Assembly (NCBI RefSeq): GCF_037042905.1
Contig: NC_087252.1
Span: forward strand, 26,660,001 to 26,724,000
Direction: 5' to 3'
Source: Lytechinus pictus
Lineage: Eukaryota
Length of the DNA stretch: 64,000 nt
Shown: piece after piece, positions 38,801 to 50,713 of the stretch
Layout: each line of letters begins with the position of its first letter
How positions within the stretch are numbered: position 1 is the stretch's first letter
Position numbers and translations under genes: made by a program
The notes under the pieces: generated by a model
Databases searched by the model: none
The model's input: only the letters and a program-made list of their open reading frames with translations
What the model was told of the DNA's origin: nothing

Positions 38801-41114
38801 GGCATGAGTAAGAATTATCCAGACAAGGTACATGCATACCTTTTAGTAGTTCCTGTCGTGTTCGGGGTGTTTGGATTGTCGGAAGTTGCCTTGTTTTGGT
38901 AATCATGTTAACACCTTGAACAGAATGGTGTGCATTATTTGTTTTATTGAATTTTGATATGGCTCTTTGCATTTTAATGTACTTTCATCTCGGTTATAAT
39001 ATTTTACCCAAGACTGGTCATAGGTGTTATTAAAATGGCATGTTTACACACCATACATGATTGATCACGTGTGAGCTGTCACCCAATCATTGGGATCCTC
39101 TGCACCCGTGGTATATTATTTACTATTGCCTGATGACCTCTGATCCACAGCCGCTTCCACTGCCGCATTCCAGTCCAAACACCAGGACATGTTCCCATCC
39201 AAGAACTGCCTCCAGCTGAAGATCCGTGAAGTCCGCCAGAAGATCATGCAGCAGTCGTGGGATGAGGAAGGCCAGGAAGGAGAACCCGTCGTACCAGGTG
39301 AGGCTTACTAGTCGCAATCAATCTCTTAAAGGTTATCCATGTTTGCCACTCTCCACCCAGGTGTTAAGTGGGCACACAGTAGGATGTGGACGTCAATGTG
39401 GTTCGATTGGCATGTGTGCATCGATAAGTAAACTGTTGCCTGGCCAGGGTACTCTCCAGGGAGTGGAGACGGCGCACTTTATGTGTGGAACAGTGATGGA
39501 TCCTGTGACCGAGGCCCCGTTGCAGTATGGTAACTTTGCTATCCATTGGTGACTTGCATGGAATCCTTGATTCTGATTGGCTGTTGATCAGCATTACCAT
39601 GGTAGCTTCCACGTTATTGCAAAGTTACCTTAATAGTAACTTTTATGCAACAGGGCCTGGGGTATCAATATTTACAATGTAAAACACTCTGAAATGCATC
39701 GTATGAAAGGCAATATAAATGTAACTATTATTATTATCATTCTTATTAAGCTGTGTGTATGTCAAAGCAGATACGAACCAGCCACCTAAATTGCACCACC
39801 TCAAGCACTCAACTACTAAAAAAAACTGGCCCGATTGCTAACCCATAATGCACCATTCTGAGCAATGTAATCTTAAAGTGTATACCTACCTGAGTGATAA
39901 CATGCTAATTCACTTCACTACTTGATACAGTCATACCACAGTGATGATGTTACCAAGTCACAAAACCAGCACTACTCCTTTCGAAATATTTTAGTTTCTT
40001 TATACAAATGAAATTTCGAGGCTTATTTATTATCTCTACGTAGTATTAATAACAATCTCAATATATATATTTATTGAAGGCTAGATTAGATATTTATAAT
40101 ACACAGTCAATGAGAGACCACAAAGAGTGTCCGACAGTTTGCGTTCCCTTCAATCATGGCTTTACACGCAGCTGGTGACCCCTGTGCTAATGGAGATACC
40201 TCAAATTTACCCTGCTTTTACATAATTGGAGTGCGCTGACTGTAACCCATATCAAACGATCAACCTGATTCATAACATCTAGGACCAGGCTAATGATATA
40301 TTCATCTCAGTGGGGCTAATTATTTATAATTATTAATTATTTATTCATGAGGTCATATATTGGGCCCCATGGACCATTCCAGTGAAATTTGGGTTGAGGA
40401 GGTATTTCATCATGCTCTACTGAAATATGGTATAAAAAAATGCTGAAATTAATAAAAAGGGCAAATTGAAGTCACACTTCGGTACTGTATAGCTGTATGA
40501 ATAAGGTATTAAATGTTTGCATTGATGTTTTATTTCTATTCTGACCAGGTACCCCATCCACACCCAAATCTCCAGTACCCGGTAAACTTCACCTGACGTC
40601 CGTCAAGAGCGTTCGCCTCGGTGGTCCCAATCCCACTAGTAAGATGGCCCTGTCGTCCACCCCACTCAGCAGCGCCAACTCGGCCCTCACCGCCAAGTTC
40701 ACCTTGACTCCAGCTCCGCCCCCTTCCCCCATGGCGAGAGGGGGTTCCCCTAACCCCCAGGGGACACCAACCATGACCAAGTTCCACTACTCCCCGCACA
40801 TGAGCCAGCAGCCGAAGCCCATGTCACCGTTGGTCAAACTCTCCAACCCCCAGCCAGGTTCTCCGGCCCTCCACCCCATCTCGGTCGCCTCCCCTGCTCT
40901 GCAGCATGGCCAGACCATCTTCGTCTATCCTGCCAGCCCCGGCGTGAACCAGTTCCAGCCGGCCCAAGCCGCCCAGGGCAGGCCTCCTACCTCAGTTGTA
41001 CAAGGAGTGGCACCCCCCGGTGCAGCCAATTCGGGGGTGACACATATAGCTCTTCATGGGCAACCTCATATCAATCTGCAAGGGAGTGGGAGTGGGAACC
41101 AGACACCAAAATGA
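11622..41114 (+). CDS. cic: capicua (CIC) HMG-box transcriptional repressor, long-isoform type, 5'-partial; 21 coding exons in window
   Basis: Manual GT-AG reconstruction gives one continuous frame (7259 nt plus 1 nt from an upstream exon = 2420 codons incl. stop). Diagnostic motifs: [89 protein letters not shown]...[14 protein letters not shown]. Confidence 0.97.
12696..12967. mobile_element. Harbinger-like MITE
   Basis: TIR ggccccgttgtacaaagagttacgattgatcc / ggatcaatcgtaactctttgtacagcggggcc. Confidence 0.75.
13080..13342 (-). mobile_element. tRNA-derived SINE (internally deleted)
   Basis: Minus-strand A box tggtctaatgg, B box gttcgattcc; body matches the SINE at 56487. Confidence 0.75.
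15430..15598. mobile_element. Short palindromic Harbinger-like MITE
   Basis: Near-perfect hairpin tttcataaagctgtt...taagttaagagcgac; another copy at about 35971-36152. Confidence 0.75.
15674..16475 (+). CDS. cic: cic exon 2 (S/Q-rich)
   Basis: tttcag| and g|gtaagt; within ORF 15644..16510; [15 protein letters not shown] resembles CIC-L. Confidence 0.9.
17044..17466. mobile_element. hAT-like MITE with 6-bp TSD
   Basis: TIR cagacctgccaacc / ggttggcatgtctg; TSD TTAAAG. Confidence 0.75.
17531..17689 (+). CDS. cic: cic exon 3, ATXN1-binding motif
   Basis: ctgtag| and g|gtgagt; [13 protein letters not shown]. Confidence 0.93.
18470..18825 (+). repeat. CT-rich polypyrimidine low-complexity tract
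   Basis: About 350 nt of mostly C/T ending at the exon 4 acceptor. Confidence 0.9.
18826..18916 (+). CDS. cic: cic exon 4
   Basis: Long pyrimidine tract plus ctcag|, gg|gtaaga; bridges phase 1 to phase 2 as required by the neighbouring exons. Confidence 0.8.
19974..20088 (+). CDS. cic: cic exon 5, RSK/14-3-3 motif
   Basis: ctcag| and aag|gtaggt; [15 protein letters not shown]. Confidence 0.92.
20558..20743 (+). CDS. cic: cic exon 6, HMG box (main part)
   Basis: tcacag| and cag|gtgagt; CIC-type HMG box. Confidence 0.97.
20826..20983 (+). repeat. Diverged tandem duplicate of exon 6 3' end plus donor
   Basis: Copy offset by 178 nt; cgctcaaaccaaaggagaaacaaaaataccatgaactagcattccaggtgagttaaca identical to the real junction. 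Confidence 0.93.
21392..21794 (+). CDS. cic: cic exon 7, HMG box end plus Ser-Pro repeat region
   Basis: taacag| and g|gtgagt; [15 protein letters not shown]. Confidence 0.95.
21741..24033 (+). repeat. 73/74-bp minisatellite made of exon 7 end plus splice donor, 15 copies, interrupted by a TIR element
   Basis: GT donors at 21795, 21869, 21942, 22015, 22089, 22162, 22236, 22310, 22383, 22457, 22530, 22604, 22678, 23950, 24023. Confidence 0.96.
22701..23890. mobile_element. Non-autonomous DNA transposon (P- or hAT-like), 1190 bp
   Basis: 56-bp TIR caacgaacgtagagggcagcaacac...gtcaactc with one mismatch; 8-bp TSD TTATTGAC. Confidence 0.92.
24383..24603 (+). CDS. cic: cic exon 8
   Basis: ctgtag| and cag|gtatga; open frame, phase 1 to 0. 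Confidence 0.85.
25003..25204 (+). CDS. cic: cic exon 9
   Basis: ttccag| and g|gtatgt; [17 protein letters not shown] conserved CIC motif. Confidence 0.92.
25752..27329 (+). CDS. cic: cic exon 10 (1578 nt)
   Basis: tacaag| and g|gtgaga; [15 protein letters not shown] conserved motif; ORF 25775..27340. Confidence 0.9.
27998..28187 (+). CDS. cic: cic exon 11
   Basis: ttgaag| acceptor; weak ag|gtcatt donor chosen on phase. Confidence 0.7.
28747..28904 (+). CDS. cic: cic exon 12
   Basis: tctcag| and g|gtaggt; phase consistent. Confidence 0.78.
29523..29969 (+). CDS. cic: cic exon 13
   Basis: ttatag| and t|gtaaga; P/T/S-rich open frame. Confidence 0.82.
30462..31261 (+). CDS. cic: cic exon 14, ERK-docking-like motif
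   Basis: ttacag| and agg|gtaaga; [13 protein letters not shown] resembles vertebrate KVKAAIASIPV. Confidence 0.9.
31925..32171 (+). CDS. cic: cic exon 15
   Basis: tcacag| and g|gttagt; open frame. Confidence 0.83.
33916..34966. mobile_element. pogo/Tc1-mariner-like non-autonomous element nested in a Kolobok-like repeat
   Basis: TA TSD; TIR ccgtaagtaacggactataaaccgcacc; flanks match the element at 37134-37527 in reverse. Confidence 0.85.
35048..35312 (+). CDS. cic: cic exon 16
   Basis: caacag| and aa|gtaagt; ends [10 protein letters not shown]. Confidence 0.87.
35795..35940 (+). CDS. cic: cic exon 17, conserved block with basic NLS-like motif
   Basis: atccag| and a|gtaaga; [21 protein letters not shown]...SYRRKRK. 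Confidence 0.93.
37134..37527. mobile_element. Kolobok-like non-autonomous element
   Basis: TTAA flanks; homologous to about 33640-33915 plus 34967-35025 on the opposite strand. Confidence 0.65.
37700..37879 (+). CDS. cic: cic exon 18
   Basis: ttccag| and g|gtatga; DPTSP...[12 protein letters not shown]...VFKF. Confidence 0.9.
38044..38202. mobile_element. hAT-like MITE with 6-bp TSD
   Basis: TIR caggcctgccaa / ttggcaggcctg; TSD AATTGA. Confidence 0.75.
38337..38477 (+). CDS. cic: cic exon 19, C1 domain N-half
   Basis: tattag| and g|gtaaat; [26 protein letters not shown]. Confidence 0.94.
39151..39297 (+). CDS. cic: cic exon 20, C1 domain C-half
   Basis: ccacag| and g|gtgagg; [31 protein letters not shown]. 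Confidence 0.95.
40549..41114 (+). CDS. cic: cic terminal coding exon 21
   Basis: gaccag| acceptor, in frame with ORF 40644..41114, TGA at 41112-41114. Confidence 0.87.
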
Positions 41115-41360
41115 AAGCCCTCCTACCATGGCCATGCAAGGAGTAGCACCCCCGGAGCAGCCAGTTCGGGGATGACCCATATAGCTCTTCATGGGCAACC
41201 GAATATCAATCTGCAAGGGAGTGGGAGTGTTAACCAGACACCAAAATGAAAGCCCTTCTACCATTGTCATGCAAGGAGGAGCACCCCCGGTGCAGCCAGT
41301 TCAGGGGTGACATGTATAGCTGGGCAACCACCTATCAATCTGCAAGGGACTTCAAAATGA
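40983..41360 (+). repeat. Triplicated cic C-terminus plus stop (period 135 then 111 nt)
   Basis: Three copies ending ...caaaaTGA at 41114, 41249, 41360. Confidence 0.93.
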
Positions 41361-44300
41361 ATGCAAGAGAAGAACCCTTCTGTATTGAAGAATGTATCTT
41401 CATAAACCCTTCACAGGCAAAGATGTAAATCATCATGAAACATAAAATCATGTTAATGAAAGTCATATGAAGTTTCAATGTTATTCAGAACCCCAAGTAT
41501 AACCATATTCTGACCACCAATAGGTCTTTTGTTGAAGTTATACAAAATCAATCAAATTTAATAAAATCCAAACACTTAATATGCATGATGATTGTCGAAT
41601 TAAGATGCCGATGTTTGATGCATGAAATATGAATAATACTGCTCAGTGAATGAGCACCATGCTAATTAACTACGTTTGCTTTTGATATATCCTGACGCTT
41701 GCAATTCTCAACAATGCCTAGCGAGCCCCAAAGAAAAGGAAGAAAGTTCAAAGCGATTTTTTGAATACTTGATGAAGAAAGGCAATGTTCTTTTTGCAAT
41801 ATGGAGGTATTTGGTGATGTCAGAGAAGGAAAATGGAGCAAAGCGCGTTTGCTCGATTGGTGCAATGAATAATGTGTTCATGTTATAGCATAGAAACGTT
41901 TTTGAAACAGTGTTCGAGGGGCAGTTCTATAATATAATCAACCTTTTTCGTCCAACCCCCATATCTCTTCGATTTAACTTCATGAACTGCTCAATCCATG
42001 AACATTTGAAAGCATAGCGACTTCTTGTGTCAACTTGAAAACAGAGACAAATTATTTCAGGAATCTCCATTATTTGGAGGGTCGGACAAACATATTTTAT
42101 ACCATTGCCCAGATGCAAGGGAAGGTTGTGAAAATAACAGCAATATTATTTATCCATGAATGTGATGATGTCATGTACACGGTGAAATATTTGAAATATT
42201 ACTATCTCTAATATGAATGATAGCAGAGGAACCTAATGCAGAAGATCACGATTCTTGTGTATGTATCAAGGCCGCGGACATCCCACTATTTGAGAGTTTC
42301 CTCAAGAGATTGAAAAAAAAAGGATGAAGGGAAATAATGTTTATATCTTGAAGCAAGAGTTATACTTTACACTCCAAAATTGAGATAGTAATATTTCTAA
42401 TATGAATGATATCAGAGGAATATAAAGCAAAAGATGATGATTGGTATGAATGAAGCAAGGTCACATTCTCTCGCTATTTAAGAATTTTCTCAAGAGATGA
42501 AAAAAAAGATGAAGAAAAGTGTGAATATTCATAGGAATGAGCACTGATTATGTTCACATAACTCTTGAATTCTGTCAACGTAGCTTGAAAGATGAGGCTA
42601 ATTTCAATTGTATTGTGTCAATGAATTTGTAGTATATTGACCAGGGGAATGTTTCTGATACATATCTGTTATAAGCTATGGAAATCCTTGCATCTGATTG
42701 GCTCAGAGCAAATTTGTCAAAGTTGCTGATTATTCGCTCCATGAACCGAGGGAGCATTTCACGTAAAGTTCTGTCAGGGATTTTCACTATCTAATCTCCC
42801 CTCAGCCAATCAGATCCAAGGATTTTAGTAGCTTATAACAATAGTCAGTGTAAATCACTAACTACATGGTACATGAATCACACCCCAGGAGAGGAAGTAG
42901 ACAAAAATTTTATGACAAAATACCATCATGGTATTTGCATCGGGAATGTAAATTGTGATCAGTTGCATCTACTGACTTATGGATAAATGACCTGTAGACG
43001 ATTTGTATCAATCTAATTGTTGAAAATGTTGGAACTTTTGAGCAAAAAAGGAATTCGCATCGAGGAAAAGTGATTTGCTAAATCCGGTAATCTATCAGTT
43101 CTGGGTACCCTAGTACTCATTGAGTGCCTTGGAGTCGTGTTTCAAATTCTTTCATACTGTACATCATATGCTGGAAAGTTTCCTAATCTGTATTTTTTGA
43201 AGAAAAAAAACCCCATCAAAATATTACATTTCCTTTTAACCCAATTTCTATTTCGCATGGATAAAACTCATTATAACGTTTAAGTTGTACCATTATGAGA
43301 AGAATTTGGCTAAGGTAATGTGGATTATCTTATTCCCAAATCTACACCAAATGACCAAAATGAACTTGAGCTTTGCTAAACCTATGAATGTTATGGGACA
43401 TGAATGACAATTCAGTTAATGAACTGGGAAGGAAAGTGATAGAGTATTCAATATAATCTTTCAGGAAAATTAACCAGCTCATCTCTTTGCCCTTCCCTTT
43501 TTAATCATGGTGACTCAAATTGTTGTTTGAATATTAAGTTTGAAAGCAACACAAATATGGAAGGAAATATGGTAAACTACTTGCTTAGAAACTCAGTGAT
43601 AACCTAGATCATATAGATTTATGCTTTTGTCTAATACTGATTCATCAGACCCAAAGAGATTGTCCCAAAATCAAAATATCAATATCACTTAATATCAGAT
43701 AGATTGTTTGAAACCCATTCACACAAAGCTCCTTTTTTGACAAGCAAGGTGTGCCCAGTTTGCACAGTGAAGTGTGAACGCACTATATGTATATTTTTCG
43801 TGAATTCAATGGTTTGCATGTGTATTCTGCTATCAGTTTTCACGTTTACAAACCGTAAGAAGAGGCGGGAAAAGGATTGGAGCACATAAGTGTCTAAATA
43901 CATTCATGCTGCATGTGTACAGGGCCAAGTTACATAAAACTTCGCAATTGATCATTGGGCCAATATCTACGAGTGATCGCATTGAGTATTGTGCATGATC
44001 AATGGTAAAAACCAGCCCCACGATCGATCGCCAAGCTTCATGTTACGCGGCCCAGGGTCCCGCAACGCAAAGATTAATCGTACGCGTGATGTTAACGATT
44101 GACTGTACACTGTCGTCTCTGCAATCTATCGTTAAAAAATGTTCTGCGATGATTGCTACGCTTTGTGTTGCGGGCCCCTGATCGTTATTTGACTAAGATT
44201 GTGTGATAATGAAGTATGTTCTAGTATTCTCAGAAATATTACAGTGTGTGACTATGGAAGTGGTATTATGCTTGTGTATAGTGGTTTTCATACTCGTACG

Positions 44301-46671
44301 TTGCCATGACAATGCATGACTTTCCTTCACTCTCATGGCGGAGTAGTGTCTTTTAAAATTGCATTTCGGATGACGGCAGGTAAAAATTCAGTGGTAGGTT
44401 ATTGGGTGTTTTTTTAAAAGAAAATATTTGTATCGGGCAGTTGGATATGATCATTCCATCAATGTTTTTGTTATCGACTGTGAATTGTATAAATGGGTTT
44501 CTCCCATATGAAGGATGCACTTTGTGACGATATTACTTCGTTGGATATTTTTTCAGTGGCTTTGGTGTTGTTTCCATGGGAATGAATTACCTTGGAAGAA
44601 TATGAAGTTGTCGTTTTCAATGAAATTCTTACCGTGTACTTGTTTGCATGTACGTTTCGATGAAATTCTGACCGTGAACTGTTTTCTTGTACATTTCAAT
44701 GAAATTCTTAATGTAATTTGCTGCAGCTTTTTGAATAGAAATGTAATTTAACAGTAACTAGATGAGCTTTATGTGGTGAAATGCTATGCTTTTCTTCCTC
44801 CGTAGACCTTGTTCTGTGCTTTAATGCATATCTTGAATTGCTGTTGTTTTTGTTTGTATCGAGATACAAGCCGACATTATTATAATATAATGCAAATTTC
44901 CTGAATGGTTGAAATGCATATCTGGGTGTCAAATCCACCTCAAATGGGATTGATTATTTCAGTTTGGTCTGTCTCAGCATTTAGTATATCTTGGAATAAC
45001 ATAGCGAAGATATTTTTGAAAAAATTCAACAATTAATGGTTTTGGAGAAATGTTGTTGGATAATATTTTAATGTGTACTGTAATGAGAGTGGTTTGTTTA
45101 GTATGCTCTGTCGAGGTCCAAACTGCTGTGACCTAAAAGTTAACCCATTGTCTACTGTCTCGTATGGTGGCTCCTGTTTAAAGCTTCTCAAAGTTGATGC
45201 GTTCAGTGGCCAACGGATGAATGAAGTCACTCATTATGGTTTCAAGCAGATGAATCCTTCAATGGGCTGTGTATGTAATGCCTGTTGAGAGGTCTACCTG
45301 ATGTAGCAACGGTACTCTCTTTTCAAAATTATGGAAATTTACTGCAGAAATTGTTGCAAAAATATGTACACAATGCCTTGTGAGAGGACTACTGATGTTG
45401 CAACGGCACTCTCTTTTGAGAATCATGGAATTTTTCTGCAGAAATTGTTGCCGAATTGGGATTGTATTACTCAAAGAGTACATTTATCGATGACTCATGT
45501 ATGCAGTCGGTGTTGTATATTGTATACATTTAGCAATGTCCTTCTCTCAGCCATAGACTATACACGTATACTGCATTCTTTCATTATATATCAGTCCTTT
45601 CTTAAATTTCTTTTCATTAGAAGACTGGGATGGGATTGTAATGGTATTTTCACTTCAAGATTTATATTCCCAAATTGCTAACATTTGTTGTGTAGATAGT
45701 GTCACCATACAAATGATATTTTTGCTACATTTGGTAAAAAGAATGTAATTTGCGGTGTAAAGTGTACATACTATGTCCTATCCTTTTGTAAATAATTTGT
45801 ATATACATGGCGAATGTATAGAGTGTGAATGGCGGGCTGTTTCACATGGTGGTCGTGTCGGAGCTGGATGGACTTAAGTACGGATTTGAAACCTTCTTGC
45901 AATAGATCATGTATGTACTGTAGATATATGTAGTCGTGTGTATATGTGATGCTTTCGTGGAACGATGCCAAAAGTGTATACAAGCTTGACGATGCGTATT
46001 AATCATAAACCAAAGTTAACCCACCCCTGCAGGCTTAGCGGGTATGTTGCTTTAAATATCAGACCACTCCTTAGTTTGCTAGTATAATGAGTGATTCTTC
46101 TATAATGATGTGTTTCTTCTAATCATTTATTTAAATAGGATAAAAATGCCTACATGTATGTCAGATTTAAACAAGCTGGTTTCATTATAACTGCGCATAC
46201 TCCTCAAGGGTGGCTTAAGGTCGCAATAGTACTTTGTGGTGTATTTAAAAAAAAAGGTGGATTTTAAATTGAAAGTCCTGTATAAGTGTCTAGGCACATA
46301 CAAAATGGAACAGGTAATCTCATTGGCAGATTATGCTATAGTGCGCACGATCTGGCCAATGAGGAGGCGTGTTGTATACTGCATGAAATCCTGGAATATC
46401 GGCATGATTTCAATTTTGAATCAACGTCTTGTGAAAGCCAACCTTGGCCCTGTGGCAGTCAAAGATACGATCAATCAAAGATGCGATCAATCAAAGATGC
46501 GATCAATCATACAACGGAGTGTGACTGGAAGCCCATGGGGAACCATGTTCTACAGTTACAATTGATTGCAAATATTACTTGCATCTATTACAGGGCTCTG
46601 TTTCACTGTGCATTGCTGTGTTTGATATATAACAACATTATAGATTAAATATGACTTCATGCATACACACG

Positions 46672-46874
46672 CAGAGCTACCAAGTAGTACTGACTTTCCG
46701 TATTTAGTACTGAAAATAGAGAAGAATACTGATGGTTTCATGCAAAATACTGATTTCTAAAGTTTAAGTTTATGTGTTGTCCTATGGTATTGTGAAAATA
46801 CTAATTTCCTCACCAAAATACTGATTTTCAGCCTTGAATATACTGAAATGTTCTTGTTCAGGTTGGCAGCTCTG
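46672..46874. mobile_element. hAT-like MITE with 6-bp TSD
   Basis: TIR cagagctaccaa / ttggcagctctg; TSD CACACG. Confidence 0.72.
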
Positions 46875-49800
46875 CACACGATGTGTAAAATATGATGTGA
46901 GAAGATGTTAAAAAACATATCTTTTGACCTTTTTTTTAGAGGGGGGGGGGGAAGTTTCCCTATCTACAGAGAAGATTCTGTATATTTAATTGAAAAAAAA
47001 TGAGCTTAATGTTGGAGTGGAATGCGTGTTTAGCTAAATACATCTATTTTTCTATAGTGTATAGATAGAATTGTTAATGTGTTAACAGTATTTATGAAAG
47101 GATAAACTAATGTTTCTTGATTCTTGCCTGTTCATCTGTAGGAGATGGTGTGTTGTATTGAGAAAGCCTGCCATATGGGAGAGAGCGGTGCATGGTCCCC
47201 TCTCATGGTGTATGATGCGATGCCTAATTGAACAAAACTGTATCAAGTGTGTGATTGCTTGTCAAGGGAAAAGAAGGGAGTTTTACCAGTCTGGATTGGT
47301 TTCTCCCCTTTTCAGAAGCCATTTTAAAGTTGTAATTTTTTTTAAATTTGTGTTGTGAGCTGTTACGAAAATCAATGACGAAATTGATTGCCAACTCACG
47401 GCACAAAATATTAGTTTTGAAGCTTCATTTTAATAGGAGTTAAACATTTTTTTTCTCTGTGAGTTATGAAATTTTATTTAAGTCAAAATTAGCTTTTGTT
47501 GGAGGCAAAATGTATTATTTTCATTATAAACACATTACGTGTACCATTGTATTATGTACTGTATAGTGTAGACCCATGCTCTTGTCATGTACTGCAGTCT
47601 AACAATATATGTCTTGAGAAATAAGTGCATGTATTAATTCAACTTTCAAATTCATTCTACAGCCCCCTTATACACATAGCTAGACATTGACAGCTAGCTG
47701 TTTAAATTATACACGTTTTCAAATTGAATATGTGGCCATTTAGCGCCATCTTACGAGACTCTGAGACAAAGCCAGATGATATTGTTACATTGCAATACGT
47801 GACAGGGATCTTGTTTCAAGGGGTATGATATTTTCATCCTATACAGATACTCGGAGCAAAGCGATTAATTTATGTTGTATATTCGTTATCTTGTTTATAG
47901 AAGAAAACTGTTTTACGACTATTTTTAACCGAAATAAAGTGCAATGATTAAGATTTTCTATATATTTCAGTAAGAAAAAAAGTTATATTCTAGATTTAGA
48001 TACAAAAAATGATGTGTGTATTCTGAGAAGATAGGTACGACTATGAAGTTGGTTGATGATCATAATGATGTACGCTTTATATTATAGAGTTCCATTTTTT
48101 GCCCTATGTGTGTTTAAGATGATTAAACTTTGTGATGCATATATATTCCTGCTTGATCTACACATATATCCCATGAAATAGCGCAAAAAAAATGAAATTT
48201 ACTATAAAAGAGAATATAGTTGGTCCTAGAAATATTTGAGAATCTTTATATGCGGAGTGTTGTGATGCATAATGACTACAGTATTTTTATAGGGGTGGGT
48301 GAATTACTCCGCAGTCGAGATTTGACGAGGCTTTGTACACAATCCTCGCAAATTTGTAGAATTTTCGGAGTGTGTAATGCATTTGTATATGTTGCTATAG
48401 ACTCCTACGAGTGGTTGCACTTGGCAACCCATTTCATACCCACTGTTTGTCGTAATGTATGGTGGAGTTTAGGAGAATAAAAAACGAGAAAATCTAGATA
48501 GTGTGATTTTGAGGAGTTTTTATGTTTTTGTCAGGCGAGCCATTGACTTTAGGAGAGAGAGATATGTAAAAGAGATGGAGAGAGAATGAGAGAGGATGGG
48601 GAATAGGAGATTGGTTTGAAAAGGAGGGGGGGGGGGTAGGGAGAGAGGGAGAAAAATGGCCCTGGTAGGGTGAAGAAAATACTTTAAAAGAGCACAAAAG
48701 ACGGGTACATGTAATTGTAGAACAAAAATATGATTGAGTAGAAATCAGATAAAAGTAGAGTAGAAATTAAAATGTTACAGGAGAGCCGAGAAAAAAAATC
48801 ATGAAGCCATCACTGAATCTTTAGCAAATCTACGACACGATTATCAATCGCTGTGATCAAATCGGACCACTCGGTCATCGCTGAGGAAGGCTGCAGTTAG
48901 CAGCCGAAAATTCGCGGTAATTTCGAATTTTTTCTTTGTGTTGAGACCATAAGTTTCAACTTAATGTTACTGTATCTTGTTTTGTTCTTGCCCCTTTCTC
49001 TTCTTTGGTCTTCACCCCACTCGTTCTTACTCTCCCATGAGCAGAGCGCCCATCCTGAACAAGAGCTTTTCAGTTATTTTAAAACTTGAAAATCAACGAT
49101 TGTTAGGGAAACTGGGTGCAGGCGAAGTAGAGATCAATGGGGGGGGGGGGGATGTGACGAGGGGATAATAATCTGATAATGGATCAATTCAATTCAATTC
49201 AAAATTTATTTCAATCAATCAATCATAAAAAATACAGGTATATACAAATTACATAAAAACATGGGATTGGGAGCCCCTGGAAGTTTTCATTAAAAAAACT
49301 TGTGGATGGGGCACCACCATCTATTCAATTAAATACGAATAAATATAAGACATATATAAAGAGTGAACAACAAATAACATTGAAATACAATTTAAAGAAA
49401 CAAAAAGAATAAAGAAACAATGGGCTAATATAGGAGAAATAAACAAGTGTGGCATTGGCAGGAGTTTTTATACTGAGAGAAAAATTCAACTTTCAAAAGT
49501 TTTTAAAACTTATTTAGGGTTTTACTTTGTTTAATATCATTATTTCAATCGTTCCACAGCTTGATTCCTCTACAACATAGGATTTGGGGGTAATTTTAGT
49601 TTTTGGAAGATATTGGTGAAGATCTGATGAATGGAAAGAGGCATTTGCGTTGAAGAGATTATTAAAAATATTTGGCAAGAGATTTGAATGGTAATTGTAC
49701 ATAAATATATAAGTATACATAAGAGCCAAGTCACAAATTTTCAATATTATACAATCAAGAAATAACTTGTTTGTGTGACTATTGAAATCTATTTAAATGT

Positions 49801-50713
49801 GTTTTGAATCCATTCCCCCATAGCATACAGCAATAAGTGAGATGGGGGTAAAACCAAAGTATTATAAAGTGAAATTCATACATGTATGGGTAAAATAAAC
49901 TTCAATTTGCGAAGGACACCAGTACTTTTTGATAAACGAGTGCATCAATCATCAATATGAGGTTTCCAGGATAGAAATTCATTTATCTTGATACTAAAAA
50001 AAATATATTTGATACCTGGGAAATAATCTTGCCATCCATAATAACTGGAGGAATGTCAGTACCAATTTTTTTTTTTTTTTTTTTAATAGTACAAATTTAT
50101 TTTTTTCAACGTTTAGTGACAGTTTATTGCATTGAAGCCAGACAACGACTTTACGAAGTTAAATATTTATGGTGTTAATGAGAGGAATAATATTTTTTGA
50201 GAAAGAGTAATACTGGTATCATCAGCACAGAGTATGAAATTAAGAATTGAGGAACAATTTACAAGGTCATTGATATACAAGAGGAAAAGCAAGGGGCCGA
50301 GGACGGACCCTTGCGGAACGCCATGTGATACATGACTGAGAGTTGACTTGACACCAACAACATACTGCATGCGATTCGATAAATAATTATCAAATTATCA
50401 AACCAATCAAGAGCAAGACTTCTTCTTCCATAATGTTTCATTTTTAAAAGAAGTATGTCATGGTCAACGGTGTCAAATGCTTTCGAGAGATCCAAAAATA
50501 TACCAATGGTGAAATTACCCTTATATCTATTTCTTGCATTATACGATCATACATGTGAAATATTGGCATATACGTTGAATATTTTTTTTTAACGAAAACC
50601 AAATTGTTGTGAGATTTATATATTGTTATGATTCAAAAAGATGTACAAACGTTCAAAAACAATTTTTCTAGTATCTTTGAGAAGATGGTTAAAACAGAAA
50701 TTGGTCTATAATT

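Noticed and set aside
41112-41360. Selenocysteine recoding of the in-frame TGAs
   Set aside because: No SECIS recognised, and the TGAs are copies of the normal stop.
3151-45226. CIC-binding octamers TGAATGAA as autoregulation
   Set aside because: Scattered, unclustered, some inside repeats; expected by chance in AT-rich DNA.
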